Source: Pseudomonadota bacterium (GTDB taxonomy: Bacteria > Desulfobacterota > Desulfobulbia > Desulfobulbales > JAHJIY01). Taken from it: a stretch of DNA of 64,000 nt. The position numbers were made by a program, and so were the translations under genes. Shown piece after piece: positions 32,253-40,178 of the stretch; positions within the stretch are counted from its first letter, which is position 1, and each line of letters begins with the position of its first letter. The stretch is taken from assembly GCA_018823175.1 (NCBI GenBank), contig JAHJIY010000066.1, positions 92,570 to 156,569 of the forward strand, given 5' to 3'. The notes beneath the pieces were generated by a model, which was not told where the DNA came from, made no database searches, and worked only from the letters and a program-made list of their open reading frames with translations.

Positions 32253-33044
32253 TTATCCTCCCATCCCGATCACCAGTTTTGGCAGGAGCCGGCCCAGCAT
32301 ATCGAAATTCTGGATCAAGAGGGGCATCATGTATGACAAGGATAATCCGGCAAAAATAAGGCCGATTGCGATATTCAACGGCAGGCCGACGATCAGGATC
32401 GGAATCTGGGGCACAGTCTTGGCTAAAATGCCCATCGCCACATGGGAAAAGAAAAGGGCGGCGCCGGCCGGGGCCATTATTTTGATGGCCAGCAGAAACA
32501 TATGGCTGGCCCCCTGCATGATGCCGGTGTAAGTTGCTGTGGTTAGATGCAGGCCGCCCGGCTTGATCCAGGCAAAGCTTTCGACCAGAGTTTTAAAAAA
32601 GATATGGTGGCCGTTGATGCTTAAAAATAAAAGGATGGCAAAGATATTCCAGAAGTAACCGACCAGCGATACCTGGGTCCCGAATTGGGGATCCATGGTG
32701 CCCGCCATTCCCATGCCCATCTGAATACTGATCATCTGGCCGGCCGTTTCCAGGGCCGCAAAGACCATTCTGGCAAATAACGATAAAATAGCGCTTAGCA
32801 GTATTTCCTTGCCGACCAGCACAAAGAAGCCAATTCCGGAAGTCGGAATGTCGGCCGGCGCTATGTTGATCACCGGCACCAGGACCAGGGCGGTCATCAA
32901 CGACAAGAGGACCTTGATCTGGACCGGCACGCTGCGCGAGCCGGTGACCGGCATAAAAAAGATCAGCGGGCCGACCCTGGTCAGAATGATGATCAGGTTC
33001 AGAAAATGACTCAGGGTCCAGTTTAGCAGGGCGGTTTCAACCAT
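32253..33044 (-). CDS. fliR: Flagellar export apparatus protein FliR
   Basis: A 263-aa polytopic membrane protein between fliQ and flhB with FliR-like sequence. Confidence 0.93.
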   Translation of the reverse strand: MVETALLNWTLSHFLNLIIILTRVGPLIFFMPVTGSRSVPVQIKVLLSLMTALVLVPVINIAPADIPTSGIGFFVLVGKEILLSAILSLFARMVFAALETAGQMISIQMGMGMAGTMDPQFGTQVSLVGYFWNIFAILLFLSINGHHIFFKTLVESFAWIKPGGLHLTTATYTGIMQGASHMFLLAIKIMAPAGAALFFSHVAMGILAKTVPQIPILIVGLPLNIAIGLIFAGLSLSYMMPLLIQNFDMLGRLLPKLVIGMGG

Positions 33045-33049
33045 AACTC

Positions 33050-33319
33050 TTACCGGATGATCAAAGGGATGCTGACGATTAGCTCTTCGGTATAGTCGAC
33101 GAGTTTGGTCATCATCCAGGAGGCGAAGAAAAGAAGGGTCACCATGACGGCAAAAATTTTCGGGACAAAGGTCAGGGTCATTTCCTGGATCTGGGTGGTC
33201 GCCTGAAAAAGGGCGATTAAAATACCAACGACCATGCCGACCAAGAGCAGCGGGCCGGCCAGGACCAGGGCCATCATGACCGCATTTTCAGCCAGGGTAA
33301 CAACTTCGCTAGGGTTCAT
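33050..33319 (-). CDS. fliQ: Flagellar export apparatus protein FliQ
   Basis: An 89-aa ORF with two TM helices and QATTQIQEMTLTFVPK, the FliQ signature. Confidence 0.95.
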   Translation of the reverse strand: MNPSEVVTLAENAVMMALVLAGPLLLVGMVVGILIALFQATTQIQEMTLTFVPKIFAVMVTLLFFASWMMTKLVDYTEELIVSIPLIIR

Positions 33320-33325
33320 GGTCTT

Positions 33326-34129
33326 TTAAACTCCGAAACTTTTAACAAGAGAGCCGACAATCAGATACCAGCCGTCCACCAGGACGAAAAGAAGCAGCTT
33401 GAATGGTAATGAAACCATAATCGGCGGCAGCATCATCATACCCATCGACAGCAGAATACTGGCCACGACCATGTCAATGACCAGAAATGGCATGAACAGA
33501 ATGAAGCCGATCTGGAAGGCGGTTTTGAGTTCACTGATCATAAAGGCCGGGATCAGCGTTGAAATCGGGACATCATCCTTGTTCTGGGGTTTTTCCATTT
33601 TGGCGATGCTCATAAACAGCGCCAGGTCCTTTTCCCTGGTCTGGGAAAACATGAAACCTCTTAAAGGTTTGACGCTCTCAACCAGGGCCTGCTCGGCATT
33701 GATTTCCTCCGCCAGATATGGCTGAATCGCGGTTTTGTTCATCTGGGTGAAAACCGGCGTCATGATAAAAAAAGTAAGAAAAATGGCCAGCCCGATCATT
33801 ACCTGATTGGGCGGCATCTGCTGGGTACCCATGGCATGGCGCAAAAACGAAAAAGTAACGACGATCCGAATGAAACAGGTGGTCATCAGCAGGATGGCCG
33901 GGGCCACCGAAAGTATGGTGAACAGGAGCAGGATTTCGATTAGGACGGAAACCTGTTTCGGATCTTTCGCCTCTTCCAGGCCGATCTGAATGGTCGGCAG
34001 GGTAATGGCCCGACTGATGGCCGGGACAAGGACTACCGCCGCCATGATCAGGACCATGGCCAGCCAGGGCGGTCTGGTTTCAGGTTGCCTGATTTGGCGG
34101 GAGATGTCGGGGGGTATTGATCTCATCAT
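33326..34129 (-). CDS. fliP: Flagellar export apparatus protein FliP
   Basis: Conserved LLMTTCFIRIVVTFSFLRHAMGTQQMPPNQV and MMLPPIMVSLPFKLLLFVLVDGW. Confidence 0.96.
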   Translation of the reverse strand: MMRSIPPDISRQIRQPETRPPWLAMVLIMAAVVLVPAISRAITLPTIQIGLEEAKDPKQVSVLIEILLLFTILSVAPAILLMTTCFIRIVVTFSFLRHAMGTQQMPPNQVMIGLAIFLTFFIMTPVFTQMNKTAIQPYLAEEINAEQALVESVKPLRGFMFSQTREKDLALFMSIAKMEKPQNKDDVPISTLIPAFMISELKTAFQIGFILFMPFLVIDMVVASILLSMGMMMLPPIMVSLPFKLLLFVLVDGWYLIVGSLVKSFGV

Positions 34130-34650
34130 CTTGTTTTTAAATGTTTGGCTGCCCGGTCAAGCAGGCCGGAAAAAGAGGCGGTTTTGGCCCCGGTCTTTTC
34201 TGCTGGTTTTTCCGGCAGAGTGATCTTGTCTAGTTTGCTCAACAGGTTGATATTCTGGTCGGTAATGCCGACCACCACGAATTCACCGGCTATATCCAGT
34301 ACGGCCACGTATTTTTTGGGCGCGATCATCCTGGTGTCCAGGATACTGATCAGTGAGCCGTGCTGGCTTGAACCCTGGCCCAGGCCGGCTTTTTTGATCA
34401 GCCAGATGACCAGCATCATGAGGCCGACTACGATGGCAAGGGCGCCGGTTACCTTCATAATTGCGCCGAACAGGCTGGCGGTTTCCCGGACCTGTGAGGT
34501 CAGAAGCCCGCCTGACGCCAGGTTTTCTTCCGCGGCGCTGATCAGCTCGGGGAAAAACAGCGGGCCGGCCAGCAAGGTGAGCGCCAAAAAAACCAGAAGC
34601 CTGGTTTCCTGACGGCGGGAGAATAAGGGGTTAGAGCGGTCCGTGTTCAT
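34126..34650 (-). CDS. fliO: Flagellar protein FliO/FliZ
   Basis: A 174-aa ORF with one central TM helix, positioned between fliN and fliP with overlapping stop and start codons. This family is weakly conserved, so the call rests mostly on position. Confidence 0.7.
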   Translation of the reverse strand: MNTDRSNPLFSRRQETRLLVFLALTLLAGPLFFPELISAAEENLASGGLLTSQVRETASLFGAIMKVTGALAIVVGLMMLVIWLIKKAGLGQGSSQHGSLISILDTRMIAPKKYVAVLDIAGEFVVVGITDQNINLLSKLDKITLPEKPAEKTGAKTASFSGLLDRAAKHLKTR

Positions 34651-35051
34651 CCCATGCTCTTGATGCGGTCGCTCGGGCTGATAATCTCGGTGATCCTGAC
34701 GCCGAAGCGATCATTGATGACGATAACCTCGCCTTTGCCCAGCAGTTTGTTGTTAACAAAAATTTCTACCGGTTCCCCCGCCGCTTTGTCCAGCTCGACT
34801 ACTGATCCTTGCGTGAGCTGCAGCATCTTGTTGATGATCATTGAGGTCTGCCCCATCTGGACGGTCACTTTCAGGGGGATGTCCAGAAGGAAATCAAGAT
34901 TCTGGTTGCCGGACTGGTTGGTCTCGCCGTCACCGAGCTCGGCGAAGTTGGCCGGGCGGGATGAGGTTTTTGGGGCGGTTGGTTCTTGGCCGGCCAGGGC
35001 GGAGGCCCAGTCGTCGCCACCGTTGCTTTTATCCAAAGGTTCGTTTGCCAT
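34647..35051 (-). CDS. fliN: Flagellar motor switch protein FliN
   Basis: C-terminal SpoA domain (LDIPLKVTVQMGQTSMIINKMLQLTQGSVVELDKAAGEPVEIFVNNKLLGKGEVIVI). Confidence 0.93.
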   Translation of the reverse strand: MANEPLDKSNGGDDWASALAGQEPTAPKTSSRPANFAELGDGETNQSGNQNLDFLLDIPLKVTVQMGQTSMIINKMLQLTQGSVVELDKAAGEPVEIFVNNKLLGKGEVIVINDRFGVRITEIISPSDRIKSMG

Positions 35052-35065
35052 GATAATCTCCTGTT

Positions 35066-36055
35066 TTATTCTTTGTCCAGATCCATGACCTGGTGTTTGA
35101 TCAGCAGGGCCAGATTTCCTCGGTGCACGCCCGGAGTTCCCATAAATTTTTTCTTGCCGGCGATATAGGCGGGTAAAAGATCGTCCTTGCGGCGGTCAAG
35201 CTGCAGGATATCGCCTTTTTCAAGTCCCATCACGTCTCCGGCCGGCAGGGAGAGTGAACCCAGTTCGACTTTAAAGTCGACCACGACGTTTTTGATATTC
35301 TGCCTTAGGACCTGCTGGATGATCATGTCTTCTTCGCTTTGTTCCCGTTGAAAAGTGCTCATCAGTTTGTTTTTCACCGATTCCAGGTTGGCCAGCGGAA
35401 TGCAGGTGGTTATGCTGCCGATGGCCCGGTCCATATCAACCTCATAGCGGTTGATCAGGACGATGTCTTCGGGCTGGCAGATTTTGGCAAACTGCGGATT
35501 AATCTCGCTCCTGGAGTATTGGATTTTCAAGGGATGCAGGGAATACCATGCTTTTTCCAGATCATTGAGCAGCAGGTTGACCACCCGCCGAATCAGTCGT
35601 TGTTCAATGGGGGTGAAATCGCGACCTTCGATCCGCACATTGCGGCTGCCTGAGCCCCCGAGAAAGTTTTCGACAAAGGCGAAAACAAGTTTTGGTTCCA
35701 AGACAAGCAGGGCGCTGCCCCGGAAAGGGTCCATCTTGAAAATCTGCAGACTGCTGGGCACCGGCAGGGTTCGGACAAAGGCGCCGAATCTTTCAAGTTC
35801 CATCGGTACGGCGGTGATGTCGATAATGCGGCGCAGGGCGGTGGAGAGGGAGTTTCTGATTGCACGAAGGAAGGTGTCGTTGATCACCTCCAGGGCCGGC
35901 ATCCTGACCTGGACAATCCTTTCCTGGCGCGAGAAATCGTAGGGCGTATAGCCCAACGCCTCGGAATCTATCGGTTCTTCCGGCTCCTCAATATCTCCGC
36001 CCGAAATACCTTTTAATAACGCGTCTACTTCGTCCTGACTTAGAATCTGTTCCAT
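35066..36055 (-). CDS. fliM: Flagellar motor switch protein FliM
   Basis: N-terminal CheY-P binding motif LSQDEVDALL, followed by the FliM middle domain and a SpoA-like C-terminus. Confidence 0.95.
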   Translation of the reverse strand: MEQILSQDEVDALLKGISGGDIEEPEEPIDSEALGYTPYDFSRQERIVQVRMPALEVINDTFLRAIRNSLSTALRRIIDITAVPMELERFGAFVRTLPVPSSLQIFKMDPFRGSALLVLEPKLVFAFVENFLGGSGSRNVRIEGRDFTPIEQRLIRRVVNLLLNDLEKAWYSLHPLKIQYSRSEINPQFAKICQPEDIVLINRYEVDMDRAIGSITTCIPLANLESVKNKLMSTFQREQSEEDMIIQQVLRQNIKNVVVDFKVELGSLSLPAGDVMGLEKGDILQLDRRKDDLLPAYIAGKKKFMGTPGVHRGNLALLIKHQVMDLDKE

Positions 36056-36195
36056 TTAAATCCAGCTTGAAGTTTTAATTTGTCCCTCGTTGCCCGTGCC
36101 CTTTGAGGTGTAAGATCAGCGCCTGTTGTTATTGCAGCATTTGGTCATCTTTAAAATGGCTCTTTACTTTTGCGTGAGATCTTGCCGGCAGCGGT

Positions 36196-36702
36196 TTACT
36201 GCACGACAAACTCGGTAAAATATATATTCTTGACCTTGGTCGGCCGCATTATCTGGTTGAAGCGGGCCAGCAGTTCGTCCCTGATCCGGATTTTGCCTTC
36301 CGGCGTCATCACATCCTCAAAGGAAAGACTGGTCAGCATCATGATCACCATATCCCTGAGTTTGGGGTCGGCTTTTTGCGCCAGCGCAACCGCTTCCACG
36401 GACTCCATTTCAATTTCGACCTTGAGTTTCAGGTACCGTTTGCCCGTGGGGTCGGAGAGGTTTACGGTAAACGGCGCCATGGCGTATATCTCGCCAATGA
36501 CCTCGCTGTCCTTTTTCGGGACGACTTCGCCGCTCTTTTCGGTTTCAGCCACCGGCTTGGGGGCCATGAGTTTGGTGTATGCGAAAAATCCTCCTCCTCC
36601 CAGCAGCAGAACTAAGACGCCGATAATCACCAAAAGCATGGTTTTTGATTTTTTCGGGCCGGCGCTCTCTTCCGGAGTTGCGGCTTCCTGTTCCTTGGCC
36701 AT
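36196..36702 (-). CDS. fliL: Flagellar basal-body-associated protein FliL
   Basis: A 168-aa ORF with one TM helix and a C-terminus ...RIRDELLARFNQIM...IYFTEFVVQ typical of FliL. Confidence 0.9.
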   Translation of the reverse strand: MAKEQEAATPEESAGPKKSKTMLLVIIGVLVLLLGGGGFFAYTKLMAPKPVAETEKSGEVVPKKDSEVIGEIYAMAPFTVNLSDPTGKRYLKLKVEIEMESVEAVALAQKADPKLRDMVIMMLTSLSFEDVMTPEGKIRIRDELLARFNQIMRPTKVKNIYFTEFVVQ

Positions 36703-36758
36703 GGTCAGACTCTCCTCTATTGATCTATGATAAAGATATTTCGCTCAAAAGGTTTATT

Positions 36759-36774
36759 AGCAATCATTATGCCA
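36759..36774 (-). promoter_or_regulatory. sigma54-type (-24/-12) promoter upstream of fliL
   Basis: The minus strand reads TGGCATAATGATTGCT, with GG and GC at consensus spacing, about 57 nt upstream of the fliL ATG. Confidence 0.7.
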
Positions 36775-37465
36775 CAAGACTTTCCGGTTTGTAAAATGGG
36801 CGCTGGATTTACGGGTATTTTAGATATTTGAGAGCAATAAGGCTTGTTCCCCGGTGATTATTCGGGCGAGTGGGATGAGTTTCTCTGGGTTAACTAATTG
36901 ATTTAATGAGTGATATTGTTGATGTGCGCGCGTGGGTGATTTGGCTGGGGGGTGGCCCGGCATTTTTGGCAGGAGGCACAAGATAAAAGGTATGGTGAAA
37001 ATTTCAGGCCATGATTTTCAGGCCATATTTTTGACGACCTGGGAGGAGAGCGTCAAAAATACGGCGGCACTTTATTTAAAAAGTGTTACCTGATCTTCCG
37101 GGGAAAGTGTGAAAAGCAACTGCGGGAAAAGGTGAGGAGTGGCCTGTGAGGTTTTAACAAGTCTGTTTTTAATGTGTAACAATGCACGTTGTAAATCATG
37201 GCCTTTTTATGATGTGTTGAGGGTATCTTAAATTTCGCCAATCTTTTCTCTAGTATCAACCGAAATAACATGCTAGGAATATCACATTGGTTAACCGGTT
37301 CTTGAGGTCAGGTTCCTGAGATGATTTGAACATGCAAAGTGAAACGTATTCCCTGTAGCTCGAAGTCTGATACTTTTTGCTATCTGTTGCGGGGTTAGTG
37401 AGCGAATTAAATCATGTGGTGTATCCAGTTTTCTGGATATCATACAAATTGTGATGATATCCGGT

Positions 37466-37518
37466 TAGTAACAATGCTGAATGGCGTGAATTTGGGTGCC
37501 AACCCAATCGTGTTAGGG
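37466..37518 (+). mobile_element. Candidate degenerate attC-like imperfect palindrome at the left edge of the cassette island
   Basis: TAGTAACAATGC...TTTGGGTGCCAACCCAAT...GTGTTAGGG. TAACA pairs with TGTTA and TTGGGT with ACCCAA, with about 15 unpaired nt in the left arm. It ends in GTTAGGG (GTTRRR). It is shorter and less symmetric than typical attC sites. Confidence 0.3.
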
Positions 37519-37560
37519 TAGATATCAGGAAACCGGATAATAACTTGTTATCTGTAAAAG

Positions 37561-38241
37561 GTGAATATGCATTGGACTGAACATTTAGGCCACCTATCAA
37601 AATCGTTACTGGCCCAGATTTCCCGGATACGCAACGCTTCAGACCACGGCACAACGATTGGTAATTGTGTTGAGCATGTGCTCCGACGTACAATCTCAAA
37701 TTATATTCCTCGATATTTTGAGGTCGGAACTGGCCAAGTATGCAATATTAATAATAAATTAAGTCCCCAACTCGACATTTTAATACATGACCGTTCTTGT
37801 TTCCCCCCTCTAGCAGTTAACGAAGATGATTCGGTCATTGTTTGCGCTGAGCCTACGAAATCTGTTGTGGAATGCAAAACCGAATGGGACCACAAAACCG
37901 TAGAAAAACACTTTATGCGGTTTACAGAAGTTCAAAATGTTCGCGGTGAACATTTTAAAAACCCAGATAATTCTGCTGGGTACTTAGTTTTTTTAGTGGG
38001 TAGTTGTCCCGCGACAATTCCCGACACTCTTAGTGACCACACAAGATTTGTGGGGATCTATTCTCTAAGCAAAGGTAAAGCTCAACGTAGCCCTATTCAA
38101 ACAGATACATTTGAAATGGAGGCTGGAAATGCTCTTGAAATGTTTCTCCGAGACTTGTTGTTTGATTGCATGAAGAAAGGGCAGACTGAAGCTGGATCAT
38201 TTGAATTGTCGTACGAAACCTTTCAACTATACATGAAATGA
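37561..38241 (+). CDS. PD-(D/E)xK nuclease-fold protein (DUF6602-like)
   Basis: A 226-aa ORF. The motif order is G-N-x-V-E38 (helix), S-P-Q-L-D72-ILIHD, then VV-E104-C-K106, which matches the E...D...ExK restriction-endonuclease-like core and my recollection of the DUF6602 pattern. The start is GTG 37561 or ATG 37567 (AAAGGTG RBS). Confidence 0.6.
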   Translation: MNMHWTEHLGHLSKSLLAQISRIRNASDHGTTIGNCVEHVLRRTISNYIPRYFEVGTGQVCNINNKLSPQLDILIHDRSCFPPLAVNEDDSVIVCAEPTKSVVECKTEWDHKTVEKHFMRFTEVQNVRGEHFKNPDNSAGYLVFLVGSCPATIPDTLSDHTRFVGIYSLSKGKAQRSPIQTDTFEMEAGNALEMFLRDLLFDCMKKGQTEAGSFELSYETFQLYMK

Positions 38242-38273
38242 TAACTATAAAAATTAGATAACGTCTGTGATCA

Positions 38274-39875
38274 ATGATTCTAGATAATTCACTCACGAGC
38301 AAGAGCAGGCAAATCGACAGAGCGACTGTAGCGCAGCTTTTTGATATTCCACTCGGTATCGCTGACGGTCAATATCTGGTATTACGTTGCTATACATCGT
38401 CTCGGCCCGAACGGTTTTTCAACCGAAGCGTGCAAGCAGCCTTCGCAGAATGGCTTGAGGATCTTCATCAAAAAGAAACACAAGCGCTTCGCGAATATTT
38501 AAGAGATCACTTGTCTGAAATCGACAGGGCATTGCTGTTCTTGCATGAGATTAACGTTGAAGATTGGCATGATCAGAAATTTGACAGCTCACAAGACTGG
38601 GAATTTCTGAGGTTTATAGACCGGCGTATTCATAGAACCTATCTGCGTCTCGTGGAAGGTGTACTAACACCCCTTGCTCGTTTACCGGCGCATTTTTCCC
38701 GTCGGGTACGGGGTGCCGGAACGGAAGGGCTGGACATTTATGCCATTAGCGAAGAACTCGCGAATAGTCCCCTTGAAGAGATCACATCTTCTTACCGTCA
38801 TACGATTCGTAACGGGATTGGCCATGGTGGTATTACATATGGACAATTCGAAATTACCTACTGTGATAAGCGCGGCAACGAGGAAACTCTTAGCACGAAC
38901 GAGATCGTGAAGCTTTGTGATGATCTTGTAGATGACTGCAACGGCTTGGTGGCCGCGCTTGCTGTCTTTTACGTGCGCCATCGAGGGGAAGGTTATCCCA
39001 TTCCTGAGGAATTATTGCTCCAAGAATTGCGCGAAGAAACCGTTACTCCATGGTGGGCTATCGACGGTACAATCCGCTCGCGTGTTCCAGCAGGTGATCA
39101 ACTGCTCGTATATGCGCGAACTAGCAGCGCGGACTTTCCAACGATACAGTTCTCGGCTATTCAGACCGGCATTTTAACTGAAGCCTTTGCTCCTGGTTAT
39201 GAACGGTACTTCGTTTCAATCCGTGGAGGTTCCATGGGTAGGGGGTGGGCAGCATTTTATGGAGAACGCCTACGGATTCATCGCGCCGCTGCGGACGACT
39301 TAACGAAATACACAGACGTTTTAGAATCCATCGCGTACCTTCCGTTTAAAAACCGTCCTCAATGGATGCGTCGCATTTGGAATATGTATCAGGCGGTTAA
39401 AATTAATTGGCCTTGCGCCCGTCGTGATTGGTATACCGCACGTGGGATTCCAGAGATCGTCCCCAGAGTTGCGACTGTCCATCGAAACGGTTGGCGTTCT
39501 GTTCTGAAGGGTTCTGTTATTATGCCATGCCTTTCTCCACCACAGATTAGGAGATTTCGGCGCAGGATCATTGACGCCGCGTTAGGCTTCGCTACAGCCA
39601 ATACTCCTTTGGCCCGGCACCTCCCGCTTGGATTCGCGCAGATCTCAGTGTTTTGCCTGGACTATCGTGCTCGGCGGCTAGATAACTTTGGCTTAGGGCC
39701 TGATCTGGTATGTACGGTGCGCTATCAAACAATCAGCCGAATTCAGAGTCCTGATATCATGGGCTCGACAGTCGAAGGTGCTGGCGCTTGGCGAATCGCC
39801 TGGAATCGCGCGTGGCTTGAACGTGAAGGTGTCGCACTGAATATCTCTTCGCCTTGGCGGGTGCTGCGTGCATGA
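38274..39875 (+). CDS. Hypothetical 533-aa protein with no recognisable family and a central RNGIGH (Rx4H, HEPN-like) motif
   Basis: A long uninterrupted ORF 32 bp downstream of the nuclease gene on the same strand. The only motif I can name is R179-N-G-I-G-H184 (nt 38808-38825). There is no P-loop, no TM helix and no signal peptide. Confidence 0.7.
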   Translation: MILDNSLTSKSRQIDRATVAQLFDIPLGIADGQYLVLRCYTSSRPERFFNRSVQAAFAEWLEDLHQKETQALREYLRDHLSEIDRALLFLHEINVEDWHDQKFDSSQDWEFLRFIDRRIHRTYLRLVEGVLTPLARLPAHFSRRVRGAGTEGLDIYAISEELANSPLEEITSSYRHTIRNGIGHGGITYGQFEITYCDKRGNEETLSTNEIVKLCDDLVDDCNGLVAALAVFYVRHRGEGYPIPEELLLQELREETVTPWWAIDGTIRSRVPAGDQLLVYARTSSADFPTIQFSAIQTGILTEAFAPGYERYFVSIRGGSMGRGWAAFYGERLRIHRAAADDLTKYTDVLESIAYLPFKNRPQWMRRIWNMYQAVKINWPCARRDWYTARGIPEIVPRVATVHRNGWRSVLKGSVIMPCLSPPQIRRFRRRIIDAALGFATANTPLARHLPLGFAQISVFCLDYRARRLDNFGLGPDLVCTVRYQTISRIQSPDIMGSTVEGAGAWRIAWNRAWLEREGVALNISSPWRVLRA

Positions 39876-40096
39876 GTAGTCTAATAGTATCTGGGGTCAG
39901 GCTCGCCCCCCCAAGTTAATATAACAAAAACAGGTGCTTTTTGGGCTTAGAAGGCTCTTTTTACCGCCAAAATGAGAACTGTAAGACAAAGCCGGTTATC
40001 TTAGAATGGCTTTTTTGCAATGAAAAAGTGCCCTCTAATCCAGATATAGACGGATTTAAAAGTGTTTTATTGCTCGCTCGGCGCATGCTAAATGCC

Positions 40097-40156
40097 GCCT
40101 AGCAATTCATTTAAGCCGAATCAGCTTCGCGGCTCGGCTTGATTTAGACGTTAGAA
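40097..40156 (+). mobile_element. Integron attC (59-base element) recombination site, aadA-type
   Basis: GCCTAGCAATTCATTTAAGCCGAATCAGCTTCGCGGCTCGGCTTGATTTAGACGTTAGAA. It aligns without gaps over 60 nt to the aadA1 attC as I recall it (GTCTAACAATTCGTTCAAGCCGACGCCGCTTCGCGGCGCGGCTTAACTCAAGCGTTAGAT), with about three quarters of positions identical. It has an R''-like box GCCTAGC, an internal imperfect palindrome AAGCCGA/TCGGCTT and an R' box GTTAGAA. Confidence 0.75.
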
Positions 40157-40178
40157 ATTAAATGGAATTCATTAACCA

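Noticed and set aside
36991-37092. A 33-codon ORF (MVKISGHDFQAIFLTTWEESVKNTAALYLKSVT) that spans the tandem repeat in the non-coding gap
   Set aside because: The putative RBS is too close to the ATG. The ORF is built from the direct and inverted repeats themselves, and it shows no recognisable similarity.
37086-37699. Two short minus-strand ORFs (61 and 95 aa) in the gap upstream of the island, examined as possible integrase remnants
   Set aside because: They show no tyrosine-recombinase motifs. One overlaps the start of the plus-strand nuclease gene, and both lie in AT-rich DNA where random ORFs of this size are expected.
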